Part shown: piece after piece, positions 52,389 to 63,054 of the stretch
Layout: every line of letters begins with the position of its first letter
Numbering within the stretch: the first letter of the stretch is position 1
Assembly: GCA_963743915.1 (NCBI GenBank)
Contig: CAVURN010000005.1
Coordinates: 64,001-128,000 of the forward strand
Reading direction: 5' to 3'
Source: an uncultured Actinomycetota bacterium
GTDB lineage: Bacteria > Actinomycetota > Actinomycetes > JAHEKZ01
DNA length: 64,000 nucleotides
Position numbers and translations under genes: made by a program
Notes under the pieces: model-generated
Told to the model about the DNA's origin: nothing
What the model saw: the letters and a program-made list of their open reading frames with translations, nothing else
The model's database searches: none

Positions 52389-53023
52389 CTAGAAGACTTG
52401 ACAGTTGATGGTCGCTTGCCTCATCGGGTTCTCACCAGTGTCCCACTCGCCAACCACGTCAACGTCTACGTGGTTACGCCACGTGGCAAGGTGGAAGTTG
52501 GCGCACACTCTGCGAGCGTTCGTGCGATTACCAGCTCCACCACCGGGGCTGAGACGCTCGGTTGACGAACAATCCTTCTGGTACCAGAAGCCGTCGTCGT
52601 AGTACTCGTATATGCAGTTGTATACGTCGGCGAGACTCCCACTGCAGTCACCGCGGTCCCACCATCCGTGGCCAGAGACGTCAGTACCGTTCTTGGAGAT
52701 ATGGGGATAATCACGGCCACTGAACGGCGTGCAGGCCCCGAGAGCCAGCGTCACGGCGCCACTCTCCGGTGAGGTGCCCAGGATGTTGGGGTTGTCGATC
52801 GGCATCCCGAATTCATCCTCGGGAAGCACTTGCCCAGCTTGGTCAATGTAGACGGCCGGTTCAGTGAGGCCAGGTGCTTCATCACTCGGGGCAGGGGCCG
52901 TGGTGGCCGTAGTGGCGGCGTGGGCAGGCGACGTCCTGTTATTGCCGCTGCTGCGTAGATGGGCTGCGCGGCCGCCATCACGAGAACGACGGCGACGATC
53001 ACGACGACCCGGTTAAGCCCCAT
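52389..53023 (-). CDS. secreted Cys-rich protein (frameshift ~52935)
   Basis: RBS GGAGAGGAG, signal MGLNRVVVIVAVVLVMAAA; C-terminal domain with 6 Cys and DYPHIS...SGHGWW. Confidence 0.65.
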
Positions 53024-53312
53024 GTCAAGTCTCCTCTCCGACAACTTCATCGGAGCGGGGATCGTGGCACTCCGGGAACTCCGCCCTGATGCCTCGATCG
53101 TACTCGAAGGTCCGAGTGTTCGTAGCTTGGCGCCACACCCGCAATACCTAGCCAAATGGCCCACACACACGGCCGGGAGAATGCCGCGGACCGCGTCTCC
53201 CGGACGATCAGTCGGCCCACCTCAGGTGTGTCCACACGATGGACAACCTCCGCGCATCGTGCGCCAACAATGCTTGTCTCCTTGGCAGTCTGGCGCAGAA
53301 TCCGGTGGTCGG

Positions 53313-55136
53313 TCAGGCCTGCTGGGCGGCCTCCAGCCGCTCACGCAGTGCAGCGAGCTGGGTGTTCAGCTCGGCGGGGACGTGGTCGCCGAACTTGGTG
53401 AAGTACTGCTCGGTGAGCTCGGCCTCGTCGATCCAGGTCTTGGGCTCGACGGCGAACAGCTCGGCCGTCTGCTCCGCCGACAGGTCGAGCCCGTCGAGGT
53501 TCATCGAGCCGGGGGCCGGCAGCTTGCCGATCGGGGTCTCGACCGCCTCCGCGTCACCGTCCAGACGTCGGATGATCCAGTCGAGCACGCGGCTGTTCTC
53601 ACCGAATCCGGGCCAGAGGAACTTGCCTGCGGCGTCCTTGCGGAACCAGTTGACCTGGTAGATCCGCGGCAGCTTGTCGGCATCGGTGGACTTGCCCACC
53701 CTCAGCCAGTGGCCCCAGTAGTCGGCCATGTTGTAGCCGCAGAACGGCAGCATGGCGAACGGGTCGCGGCGCAGCTCGCCGACCGTGCCCTCGGCGGCGG
53801 CGGTCTGCTCGCTCGAGACCGTCGAGGCGAGGAAGACGCCGTGCTCCCAGTCGAATGACTCGTTCACCAGCGGCACGTTGGTGGCGCGGCGTCCGCCGAA
53901 CAGGATCGCGTCGATCGGGACGCCCTTGGGGTCTTCCCAGCTGTCGGCGATGGACGGACACTGCGCCGCCGGAGCCGTGAACCGGCTGTTCGGGTGGGAC
54001 GAGGGCTCTTCGGACCCCGGCGTCCAGTCGCGGCCCTTCCAGTCGATCAGGTGCGCAGGCGCCTCGTCGGTGAGGCCCTCCCACCACACGTCGCCGTCGT
54101 CGGTGAGGGCGACGTTGGTGAAGATGCTGTTGCCCCAGAGCGTGTCGATCGCGTTCTGGTTGGTCGATGCACCCGTGCCTGGGGCGACGCCGAAGAATCC
54201 CGCCTCGGGGTTGATGGCGTACAGGCGGCCGTCGTCGCCGAACCGCATCCAGGCGATGTCGTCGCCGACCGTCTCGACCGTCCATCCGGGGATGGTCGGC
54301 TGCAGCATGGCGAGGTTGGTCTTGCCGCAGGCACTGGGGAACGCTGCCGTGACGTGGTGCGTCGTGCCCTTCGGGGACGTCAGCTTGAGCACCAGCATGT
54401 GCTCGGCCAGCCAGCCCTCGTCCCGCGCCATGACGGACGCGATGCGGAGCGCGAAGCACTTCTTGCCCAGCAGCGCGTTGCCTCCGTACCCCGAGCCGTA
54501 CGACCAGATCTCGCGGGTCTCAGGGAAGTGCACGATGTACTTGGTGTCGCTGCACGGCCAGGCGACGTCCTGCTCCCCCGCGGCCAGAGGGGCGCCGACC
54601 GTGTGCACCGCGGGTACGAAGTCGCCGTGCTCGCCGATCAGGTCGAGGGCGGCCTTGCCCATGCGCGTCATGATCCGCATGTTGGTCACGACGTACGCAG
54701 AGTCCGTGATCTCGACGCCGAGCTGAGAGATGGTGCCGCCGAGCGGTCCCATGCTGAAGGGCACCACGTACATGGTGCGGCCCTTCATCGAGCCGTCGAA
54801 GAGCGGGCGGAGGGTTTCCCGCATCTCGTCCGGCGCCATCCAGTTGTTGGTGGGGCCGGCGTCCTCTTCCCGCTCGGAGCAGATGTAGGTGCGGTCCTCG
54901 ACCCGGGCGACGTCCTTGGGGTTGGACCGTGCGAGGAAGCTGTTCGGGCGCTTGTCCTCGTTCAGCTTGATGAACGTGCCGGCCTCGACGAGCTCGGCGG
55001 TCAGCCGGTCCCACTCCTCCTGGGAGCCGTCCGACCACTCCACGCGGTCCGGCTTCGTCAGCGTGGCGATCTCCTCGACCCAGGCCAGCAGCTTGGCGTT
55101 CTTGGTGGGCGCGTCGGCAAGACCGGGAATCGTCAT
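53313..55136 (-). CDS. pckG: phosphoenolpyruvate carboxykinase (GTP)
   Basis: [53 protein letters not shown]. Confidence 0.97.
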   Translation of the reverse strand: MTIPGLADAPTKNAKLLAWVEEIATLTKPDRVEWSDGSQEEWDRLTAELVEAGTFIKLNEDKRPNSFLARSNPKDVARVEDRTYICSEREEDAGPTNNWMAPDEMRETLRPLFDGSMKGRTMYVVPFSMGPLGGTISQLGVEITDSAYVVTNMRIMTRMGKAALDLIGEHGDFVPAVHTVGAPLAAGEQDVAWPCSDTKYIVHFPETREIWSYGSGYGGNALLGKKCFALRIASVMARDEGWLAEHMLVLKLTSPKGTTHHVTAAFPSACGKTNLAMLQPTIPGWTVETVGDDIAWMRFGDDGRLYAINPEAGFFGVAPGTGASTNQNAIDTLWGNSIFTNVALTDDGDVWWEGLTDEAPAHLIDWKGRDWTPGSEEPSSHPNSRFTAPAAQCPSIADSWEDPKGVPIDAILFGGRRATNVPLVNESFDWEHGVFLASTVSSEQTAAAEGTVGELRRDPFAMLPFCGYNMADYWGHWLRVGKSTDADKLPRIYQVNWFRKDAAGKFLWPGFGENSRVLDWIIRRLDGDAEAVETPIGKLPAPGSMNLDGLDLSAEQTAELFAVEPKTWIDEAELTEQYFTKFGDHVPAELNTQLAALRERLEAAQQA

Positions 55137-55285
55137 CGGAACCCCTCCAGGGCGTACTCATCAGGACGTGCCCTCAGGGTGCCCTACGAACGCCAATTCC
55201 TCCATGTCGATGGCTGGAAAACCCCCGGTTACCTGCGGGTTTGTGAGCAACTCCACATGATGGAACATCAGATCGGTGACCTGGA

Positions 55286-56662
55286 TCACCCCGCGGAGCG
55301 CTTCCGGCGCCCGACCACCTGAGCCGGAAGTCCCCCCTTCGGCCGCAACGTGACCCCGAAGTCCGGTTCGACGGACGCCGGTCGCACCGGCCGAACGCGC
55401 AGCGCCCGCGCAACAGCTGCGACCACGAGCGGCGCCTCGAGCAGGGCGAGGTCACGTCCGATGCACAACCTCGGTCCGGCGCCGAACGGGAAGTAGGTCA
55501 GGGGGCCTCGTCCGCCCTCGGCCGGTGCCGGCGACCCGAGGAACCGCTCGGGGTCGAAGCGCTCGGGGTCAGGCCACCACTTCGGCGTCCGGTGCATGAC
55601 GTAGGGCGACAGGATCACCGTGGCCCCGACCGGCAGCTCGAAGCCTCCGAGGGAGTCCGCTTCGAGGCTGCGACGGGTGATGACCCAGGCGGGTGGGTAG
55701 AGCCGCAGGCACTCGTCCACCACCGCTCGGGTGTAGGGCAGCCGGTCGAGCAGGTCGGCACCCCAGTCCATGGGCGCGGGGTCGCCCAGCGCGTCGACTT
55801 CGGAGTGCAGCCGCTGCTCGGCGTCCGGGTGCGCAGCGAGCAGCACCCACGTCCAGGTGAGCGTCGCCGCGACCGTCTCGTGACCGGCCACGATGAGGGT
55901 GACCACCTCGTCACGGACCTCTTCGGGTGTGACGACCCCCTCGTCCAACGCTGCGATCAGCAGCCACAGCACGTCGGAACCAGGATCGGTCCGGCGGCGA
56001 GAGGCGAGCACGTCGGCCACCGCACCATCGAGTGTCTGAAGGGCAGCCCGAAGTCGACGACGTCCCGGCGTGGCCCACGCCTCCGGCATCGGCACCGGCT
56101 GCTGCGCTCGTTTCACCACGAAGCGAAGGGCGCTCATCACCGCCTCGACGAGTTGGTCGGAGCGACCCGCCAGGCGGCCGCCCAGCAGCGTCGCCGCGAC
56201 GATCTCCAAGGTCAGCCCCAGCATCTCGGCGTCCATGTCGAGCTCGCGGTCCCGCGGTGCGGCCAGCACTCGCTCGACCCACTCGCCGGTGGCGGCGTGC
56301 ACCGCCGACGTCATGTCGGCGAGCAGCTCGTGGTGGAACCCGGGCGACATCACCCGGCGCATCCGGCGCCACAGATCCGCGTCCGACGCCAGCAGCCCCG
56401 TCCCGGTGACCAGGGCGAGCGTGTCGTACTGGATCGTCCGCTTGCCGTAGGCCTTGTGATTGACCTGCAGCACCCGCCGCACGTCGTCCGGGTCGGTGAC
56501 GAGCCACACCTCGGCACGCGGCATCGGGAAACGCGCGACCGGGCCGTACCGTTCCGCACACTGCGCGAGGAATGCGGGCGGACGCCGCCGCATCAGTCCG
56601 ATGTTGCGGAGCATCTCCGGTCCGGTCGGGCCTGGGGGCGGCCCAGGGGCACCGATCGTCAC
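55286..56662 (-). CDS. cytochrome P450
   Basis: AGHET, ECLR, FDPERF, FGAGPRLCIG. Confidence 0.95.
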   Translation of the reverse strand: MTIGAPGPPPGPTGPEMLRNIGLMRRRPPAFLAQCAERYGPVARFPMPRAEVWLVTDPDDVRRVLQVNHKAYGKRTIQYDTLALVTGTGLLASDADLWRRMRRVMSPGFHHELLADMTSAVHAATGEWVERVLAAPRDRELDMDAEMLGLTLEIVAATLLGGRLAGRSDQLVEAVMSALRFVVKRAQQPVPMPEAWATPGRRRLRAALQTLDGAVADVLASRRRTDPGSDVLWLLIAALDEGVVTPEEVRDEVVTLIVAGHETVAATLTWTWVLLAAHPDAEQRLHSEVDALGDPAPMDWGADLLDRLPYTRAVVDECLRLYPPAWVITRRSLEADSLGGFELPVGATVILSPYVMHRTPKWWPDPERFDPERFLGSPAPAEGGRGPLTYFPFGAGPRLCIGRDLALLEAPLVVAAVARALRVRPVRPASVEPDFGVTLRPKGGLPAQVVGRRKRSAG

Positions 56663-56774
56663 CCGTCCACCCTAGGTCGCCGGTCCGGCGACGCGCCGGG
56701 CCTTTCGGTCCGTGTGGAATCGGCGAAGAGGGGGCACCCTGGGTCCAGCACCTCCTCTTCCCCAAGGAGCTGAC

Positions 56775-57125
56775 ATGCAGGACGTGACGCACCCGCACCA
56801 CCCGCACGAGCACCGCGTCTGGGTGGTTCCCGACAGCTCACTCGGTCGGATGGCCTCCCTGGTGTTCGTGGTCGCGACGGTCGTCGCCATCGCGGCGCCC
56901 GTGGGCGCATGGATTACCCAGCAGCTCATGCAGCCGGGCGCCGACACTCCGTGGTTCTTCCTGCTGTGGGGCTGCACCCTCGTTGCGCTGATGGTGGCAA
57001 CCGCCTCAGCGGCGGTCGCGGCAGTCGCCCTCGTGCGTGACCACGCGCTCCTTCTGCTGGCGCCGGTCGTCTTCGCCGTCGTCATGGTCTCCGCGCTCAT
57101 CACGACCAACGGTGTGCTGAACTAA
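56775..57125 (+). CDS. small membrane protein
   Basis: RBS AAGGAG; 3 TM helices. Confidence 0.6.
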   Translation: MQDVTHPHHPHEHRVWVVPDSSLGRMASLVFVVATVVAIAAPVGAWITQQLMQPGADTPWFFLLWGCTLVALMVATASAAVAAVALVRDHALLLLAPVVFAVVMVSALITTNGVLN

Positions 57126-57130
57126 GCCGG

Positions 57131-57754
57131 GTGACCGAGACCCTCGTCGACGGAGACCTGATCGACCGGGACGACGACGGCGTCCTGCGCTGCGTCTGGG
57201 GAGCCGGCCCGGCCGAGTATCGCGCCTACCACGATGACGAGTGGGGGCGTCCGGTCCACGACGAGCGGCGGCTCTTCGAGAAGATCTGCCTGGAAGGGTT
57301 CCAGGCCGGTCTGTCCTGGCTCACCATCCTCCGAAAGCGTGAGGCCTTCCGTGCGGCCTTCGCCGGCTTCGACATCGACGCTGTTGCCGACTTCGGGGCG
57401 GACGACGAGGAACGACTCGTCTCTGACGCAGGGATCGTCCGCCACCGCGGCAAGATCAGGTCCACCGTGAACAACGCACGCCGTTGCCGCGCGATGCTCG
57501 AGTCCGGCGAGTCACTCGCCGAGCTGGTCTGGTCCCACGAGCCGGCGGCATCGGCGCGTCCCGACCGCGTGACCCGCCAGTGGCTGGCCGAGAACCCCGT
57601 CACACCGGAGTCGACGGCGCTCTCCCGGGACCTGAAGCATCGCGGGTGGACCTTCGTCGGCCCCACCACCATGTACGCGTTCATGCAGTCCGTCGGGGTC
57701 GTCAACGACCACCAGCACCTGTGCCACGCCCGCTCTGGAACCACGACTCGGTAG
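57131..57754 (+). CDS. tag: DNA-3-methyladenine glycosylase I
   Basis: RCVW, YHDDEWG, LEGFQAGLSW, IVRHRGKI, FVGPTT, NDHQHLC. Confidence 0.95.
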   Translation: MTETLVDGDLIDRDDDGVLRCVWGAGPAEYRAYHDDEWGRPVHDERRLFEKICLEGFQAGLSWLTILRKREAFRAAFAGFDIDAVADFGADDEERLVSDAGIVRHRGKIRSTVNNARRCRAMLESGESLAELVWSHEPAASARPDRVTRQWLAENPVTPESTALSRDLKHRGWTFVGPTTMYAFMQSVGVVNDHQHLCHARSGTTTR

Positions 57755-57783
57755 CCTGCTGACCCACCGACACCGGAGGTTCG

Positions 57784-58269
57784 ATGACCCACAGCCACAC
57801 CTACCCGGTCCCGCCCGAGCGGCTGCTGGCCGTGCTGACCGATCCCGACTATCTGGCCGCACGTCAGGAGCGCTTCGCAGGCGTGGGCGACCCTACGGTG
57901 GAGTCCACCGGCGACGACATCGCCGTCACGCTGGTGCGGCAGCTGCCGATGGACAAGATCCCCGGCGCCGTGAAGGGATTCATCGGCGATGGAAAGATCA
58001 CTCAGGTCGAGACCTGGAGCACGTCACCGGGCGAGGACGAAGCCCTGATGGGCACGTGGCGTGGCGAGGTCGCCGCGGCACCGGCCGACATCGGCGGCAC
58101 CTACCGGATCGCCCCGGAAGGTGATGGCTCGCGCTACGACATCGAGGTGCGGGTGAAGGTCAAGGTGCCGTTGGTGGGCGGCAAGATCGAGCAGCAGGTG
58201 CGCGGCTACCTCGACCACATCATCACCAAGGAGCAGGGATTCCTGGCCGACTGGGTTGCCGAGGCATAG
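57784..58269 (+). CDS. DUF2505 (SRPBCC-like) protein
   Basis: LTDPDYL, VKVPLVGGKIE; RBS GGAGG. Confidence 0.85.
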   Translation: MTHSHTYPVPPERLLAVLTDPDYLAARQERFAGVGDPTVESTGDDIAVTLVRQLPMDKIPGAVKGFIGDGKITQVETWSTSPGEDEALMGTWRGEVAAAPADIGGTYRIAPEGDGSRYDIEVRVKVKVPLVGGKIEQQVRGYLDHIITKEQGFLADWVAEA

Positions 58270-58273
58270 CACC

Positions 58274-59302
58274 GTGACCGCCGTGCGGGACGTCCGTCTC
58301 TGCGTCCTCGGGTTCGGTCACGTCATCCAGAGATTCTGTGACATGGTGCGCGACCACGAGAGCCTGCTCGCACGCGAGCACGGCGTCCGCTTCCTCATCA
58401 CCGCCGTGGGAACGGGCAGCCACGGCTCCTGGGCCGACCCAGCGGGACGCACTCCGGCGGAGGTGGTCGCCGCCTTCCGGACCGAGCGGGGGCAGTTCCC
58501 GGCGCCCGAGCAACCAGGTGTCGATCTCATCGCCCAGTCCGGCGCGGACGTCATGGTGGAAGCCACACCGCAGGTGCGAGGGGGACGGACCGCCATCGCC
58601 CACGTCGACGCCGCCTTCGACGCCGGCATGGACGTCGTCACGGTCAACAAGGGCCCGGTCGCGTGGGACTACCGTCGACTCCGGAAACGTGCCGACGCCG
58701 AGGGTCGCCAGTTCCGGCACGAGGGCGTGACCATGGACGGGTGCCCCGTCTACAACCTTGCCGAGTTCTGCCTGCCGGGCGACCGGGTGGTCGGTTTTCG
58801 TGGCCTGCTGAACTCGACGAGCAACTACGTCCTCGATGCCATGGCCGAGGGCGCCACCATGCAGGAGGCGGTGGCTGAGGCGATCGAGGCCGGATTCGCC
58901 GAGACCGATCCCTCGTACGACGTCGAAGGGCACGATGCCGCCGCCAAGGTCGCCGCGCTCGCCAACGTCCTGCTCGATGCCGACATCACCCCGGACGACG
59001 TCCCGCGCGACTCGATCGCGGAGCTCACGGTCGACGACGTGTCGCGCGTCCTCTCCTACGGGCGTCGCCTGCGTCTGATCGGTGAGGCGCAGCGCGACGA
59101 CGACGGCGAGGTGTCGGCACGCGTGACCCTGGACCCGGTGCGCAGCCAGGACCCCATGTACTGGATCTCCGGGACCTCCTCGTGCCTGGTGCTCGAGACG
59201 CAGCTCGCCGGAACGGTGGAGATCGTCGAACGTGATGGGATGCTCACGCAGACCGCGTATGCGGTGTACGCGGACCTGCTGACGATCACGGCGGCCCGCT
59301 GA
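58274..59302 (+). CDS. hom: homoserine dehydrogenase (short, no ACT domain)
   Basis: GFGHV, VVTVNKGP, EGVTMDGCP, LNSTSNY, GFAETDP, DVEGHDAAAK. Confidence 0.85.
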   Translation: MTAVRDVRLCVLGFGHVIQRFCDMVRDHESLLAREHGVRFLITAVGTGSHGSWADPAGRTPAEVVAAFRTERGQFPAPEQPGVDLIAQSGADVMVEATPQVRGGRTAIAHVDAAFDAGMDVVTVNKGPVAWDYRRLRKRADAEGRQFRHEGVTMDGCPVYNLAEFCLPGDRVVGFRGLLNSTSNYVLDAMAEGATMQEAVAEAIEAGFAETDPSYDVEGHDAAAKVAALANVLLDADITPDDVPRDSIAELTVDDVSRVLSYGRRLRLIGEAQRDDDGEVSARVTLDPVRSQDPMYWISGTSSCLVLETQLAGTVEIVERDGMLTQTAYAVYADLLTITAAR

Positions 59303-59304
59303 GC

Positions 59305-59376
59305 CTGACTAGCTCGGGATCGTGTCGTTCGGTCGTGCCATCAGTACACCAATCGACACCATCCGGGTCTGGTCAG
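59305..59376. repeat. degenerate 72-nt hairpin between convergent genes
   Basis: 29-nt arms, 22/29 complementary. Confidence 0.6.
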
Positions 59377-60557
59377 TAGGCGCGGGCGACTTCGCCCGCC
59401 AACGGCCAGCCGTTGGGCTCACACCCGTGAAGACCCTTTGACTGCTGCATCATCACGGGGGCGGGCCGGCCACGGCCACCACATCCGGCGTGCCCGAGCC
59501 CGAACCAGTGGCCCGTCTCGTGATTGACCACCATGGCGCGGTACTCCCGCAGCGTGCCGCCCGACGAACGGAAGTACGGCGTTCCCCATCGCCAGCGGTT
59601 CTGGTTGATGACCACGTAGCGACCGACTCGACAGCTCCAGTAGCGGTCACAGATCGGGGCGAACCTCGGGACGTACGAAGCCTCGGCGAGCACCAGCGAG
59701 AACGCGCCACCGCGACGAACCCGCTTGAAGTGCACGTGGGCGCGCGACCATCCACGAGGGTCCGCGAAGATCTCCGCGGTGCGCGTGCGGAACTCCTTCA
59801 TCGACACGACGACGTCGCCACGGGTCTCGATGCGATAAGGGATCACCCGGACGGTGGTCAGCTCGGCGACGCTGCTGGCGTCACCGAGGTGGTCGATCTG
59901 CGCGGGCAGGACGACCCGGTAGCGCTGCGGTCCGTACGTCCCCCATCCGCTGATCCGGAACCCGAAGCGTCCCGTCTCTGTCTGCGAGGTGCGCCCGACG
60001 TCCAGCCACTTCCCGTCGCTCCTGCGCTGCAGCGCCACCCTCTCGCCGGGGTAGGCGCTTCGCACCGCCCCGGTGAGCCGCACCGCCCCTGAGGGCCGTA
60101 CCCAGTCTCGCTGGAGCTCCACGGTCACGGTGGGCTTCACGACGACGGCACGGATGTCACTGGCGCCCCGGGCGTAGGTCGCCGACAGCGGGTGGACTAC
60201 GCGGTACCGCATCGAGTAGCGGCTGCTGACGCCTGGCCACTGTGCGGCACCGTCGGAGTCGGTCAGCGCCGTTCCACTCTCGACCCATCCCTCGGCCCCG
60301 AACTGCCGCGACAGCAGCCGGAGCTCCTCACCGACGACGGGGGTTCCGGTCTGGGCGTCGAGGAGGCGGCCCATGACTGTCGTCTGCTCGCCTCCGACCA
60401 GGCGCTCGTCGGCGACCGTCAGCTGCACCTGGACGGCGGGGGGCAGGGTTCGGGTCGCGGCGTCCCGGGCGAGGGGGGAAGCCTCGGACGCCGGCGCCGC
60501 CAGCACCGTTACGCCGAGCGCGATCGTCACCGCGGCGGTCAGCAGTCGCGTCCCCAT
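59373..60557 (-). CDS. secreted DUF3152-domain zinc metalloprotease-like protein
   Basis: signal peptide; DPRGW, VVINQNRW, NHETGHWFGLGH, VMMQQS. Confidence 0.85.
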   Translation of the reverse strand: MGTRLLTAAVTIALGVTVLAAPASEASPLARDAATRTLPPAVQVQLTVADERLVGGEQTTVMGRLLDAQTGTPVVGEELRLLSRQFGAEGWVESGTALTDSDGAAQWPGVSSRYSMRYRVVHPLSATYARGASDIRAVVVKPTVTVELQRDWVRPSGAVRLTGAVRSAYPGERVALQRRSDGKWLDVGRTSQTETGRFGFRISGWGTYGPQRYRVVLPAQIDHLGDASSVAELTTVRVIPYRIETRGDVVVSMKEFRTRTAEIFADPRGWSRAHVHFKRVRRGGAFSLVLAEASYVPRFAPICDRYWSCRVGRYVVINQNRWRWGTPYFRSSGGTLREYRAMVVNHETGHWFGLGHAGCGGRGRPAPVMMQQSKGLHGCEPNGWPLAGEVARAY

Positions 60558-60603
60558 GGGGTCCTACCGTATGTCAGGCTGACCGTCATCCCGAGGAGGC
60601 TTC

Positions 60604-61590
60604 ATGCGGTTCCTGATCATCGGCGGCACCCGGTTCGTGGGACGCCACATCGCCGAGTCGGCCCTCGAGCGTGGTCACGAGGTGACCGTGTTCCACCGAG
60701 GTCAGACCGGGGCCGACGCGCTTCCGGACGCGACCCACGTGCTGGGCGACCGCGACCACGACCTGGACCGCCTGGCGGACGGGACGTGGGACGTCACGGT
60801 CGACGCCTGCGCCTACGTTCCCCGCCAGGTGGACGAGCTGGCCGCGGCGCTGGGCGGACGCGGCGGACGTCACGTGTTCATCTCCACCGTCTCGGTGTAC
60901 GACGAGCCCCTGCCGCCGAACTCCGACGAGGACGCACCGCTCGCGACGTTGGACGACCCCGACACCGAGGTCGTCGACGAGCACACCTATGGCGGCCTGA
61001 AGGTCCTGTGCGAGCGTGCGGTGCACCGGCACCACTCCGATGCGCTCGTCATCCGACCGACCTACGTGGTGGGTCCCCATGACTACACCCACCGCTTCAC
61101 CTACTGGATCGAGCGCATCGCGGACGGGGGACGCGTCCTCGTGCCCGCCGTGCAGGACTACGGCATCCAGTTCATCGACGCCCGTGACCAGGCTCGGTGG
61201 GTCTGTGAGCTCGTCGAGCGCAGTGAGTCCGGGACATTCCACACGGTCAGCCCCACACCGCCGTTCACCTTCGCCGACATGGTCCAGACCATCGTCGACG
61301 CCGTTGCACCCGACGGCACGAACATCGAGTGGGTCGATCCCGCGTTCCTGCTCGAGAAAGAAGTCGACGACTCTGCCCTCCCGCTGTGGGTGCCCACCAC
61401 CGATCCCGATCCGGGCATGGCCTGCGACCCCTCGCATGCCCGGGCGCACGGGCTGACCACCCGCACCCTCACCGACACCGTCCGCGAGACGCTCGAGCAC
61501 GAACGACGGACACCGACCCCGAACCCTGGCGGGACGGGCTGGAGCCGAGAGGCCGAGGCGCAGATGCTGGCGGCCTGGGACGCGCGCTAG
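60604..61590 (+). CDS. NAD-dependent epimerase/dehydratase
   Basis: GGTRFVG, ISTVSVY, YGGLK, IDARD. Confidence 0.9.
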   Translation: MRFLIIGGTRFVGRHIAESALERGHEVTVFHRGQTGADALPDATHVLGDRDHDLDRLADGTWDVTVDACAYVPRQVDELAAALGGRGGRHVFISTVSVYDEPLPPNSDEDAPLATLDDPDTEVVDEHTYGGLKVLCERAVHRHHSDALVIRPTYVVGPHDYTHRFTYWIERIADGGRVLVPAVQDYGIQFIDARDQARWVCELVERSESGTFHTVSPTPPFTFADMVQTIVDAVAPDGTNIEWVDPAFLLEKEVDDSALPLWVPTTDPDPGMACDPSHARAHGLTTRTLTDTVRETLEHERRTPTPNPGGTGWSREAEAQMLAAWDAR

Positions 61591-61597
61591 ACACCGA

Positions 61598-62971
61598 TCA
61601 GACGCGACCGGAGATCTTGTCCGCGACGCGGGCGAGGGGGGAGGTGCTGGCCCTGCCTGACCGCTCCTGACGGTCAGCGGCCCGGTAGGTCGCGTACATG
61701 GCGTGCACGCCCAGCCACCGGAAGGGCTCCGGCTCCCACTGCCGCACCTTGCGACCCACCCACGGGAGTGCCGTCAGAGCGGTGTCGCGCTCGAGCACCA
61801 GGTCGGTGAGCGTCCGACCGGCGAGGTTGGTCGTGGCGACGCCATGGCCCACGTAGCCGCCGGCCCATCCCAGTCCGGTGTCCCGGTCCAGCCCCACGGT
61901 CGAGCACCAGTCCCGCGGCACGCCCAGCACGCCGGACCATGCGTGGTCGATCGGCACCGTCGCGGTGGCCGGGAAGAGCCGGACCAGGATCTCGCGGAGC
62001 GCGTCGATCGTCTGCCGCTGCGTCGATCCGTCGTTGTCCACCTGTGAACCGAACCGGTACGGGACGCCACGCCCACCGATGGCGATCCGGCCGTCGGCGG
62101 TCCGCTGCGCGTAGCAGTAGGCGTGCGCCAGGTCACCCAGTGTCTCCAGACCCTCCCAGCCGATCTCGTCCCATGCGGAGTCCGGCAGCGGAGCGCTGAC
62201 GATCATCGAGGAGTTCATGGGCAGCCAGGACCGCTTCAGTCCCTTGATGCCCGCGGTGAAGCCCTCCGTGGCACGCAGGACAAAGGTGGCGGAGATGTCC
62301 CCGTGGTCGGTGACCACACGGTGCGGGTGGATCTCCAGGACGGTGGTCTGCTCGGCGATGGTCACACCGAGCCGCTCCACCGCGTCGGACACACCTCGGA
62401 CCAGCTTGGCCGGCTGCAGACGTGCGCCGTGCGGGCTGTACGCACCGCCGTGGGTGTTCGCGACATTGATGTGCTGGACCGACTCCTCCGCGCTGAGCAG
62501 CCGGTGGTCGGTCTCGCCCCAGGCGTGCTCCTCCTCGACAAAGGCCTGCAGCCGCGTGAGCTGAGCAGGCGTGTACGCGACTTCGAGGACGCCGCCCTTG
62601 GCGATGTCGGCCTCGATGCCTTCACGCTCCGCGACCCCGATCACCTCGTCGACGGTGTCGTTCATCGCATGCTGAAGGTCGACGACCGCCTGACGACCGT
62701 GCGTCTGCGCGTAGCGGCGGCGCGACCCCGCAATGCCACCGAAGAGCCACCCGCCGTTACGCCCGCTGGCGCCGTAGCCGGCAAACCGTTGCTCGACGAC
62801 CACCACCCGCAGCGAGGGCTCGGCTCGCTTGAGGTAGTACGCCGTCCAGAGCCCGGTGAATCCGCCACCGACGATGCACACGTCGACCGACGTCGGTCCG
62901 TCCAGCGGGGGCCGCGGCGTCGGAAGCCCGATCTCGTCGTACCAGAAGGAGACATTTCCGTTGAGGGTCAC
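61598..62971 (-). CDS. FAD-dependent oxidoreductase (DAO/PuuB-like)
   Basis: GGGFTG, GASGRNGG, ATEGF, WSGVLG, GYVGHG. Confidence 0.9.
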   Translation of the reverse strand: MTLNGNVSFWYDEIGLPTPRPPLDGPTSVDVCIVGGGFTGLWTAYYLKRAEPSLRVVVVEQRFAGYGASGRNGGWLFGGIAGSRRRYAQTHGRQAVVDLQHAMNDTVDEVIGVAEREGIEADIAKGGVLEVAYTPAQLTRLQAFVEEEHAWGETDHRLLSAEESVQHINVANTHGGAYSPHGARLQPAKLVRGVSDAVERLGVTIAEQTTVLEIHPHRVVTDHGDISATFVLRATEGFTAGIKGLKRSWLPMNSSMIVSAPLPDSAWDEIGWEGLETLGDLAHAYCYAQRTADGRIAIGGRGVPYRFGSQVDNDGSTQRQTIDALREILVRLFPATATVPIDHAWSGVLGVPRDWCSTVGLDRDTGLGWAGGYVGHGVATTNLAGRTLTDLVLERDTALTALPWVGRKVRQWEPEPFRWLGVHAMYATYRAADRQERSGRASTSPLARVADKISGRV

Positions 62972-63054
62972 GCACTGATTCTCCCCAGCGACGCATGACC
63001 GGACCACATCACCCCCGGAGGACCTCAGCTGACCCTCCTGACCGCACCAGACGG

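Noticed and set aside
55286-56662. P450 as part of a biosynthetic cluster
   Set aside because: Neighbours are pckG, tag and DUF2505; no synthase or precursor peptide evident
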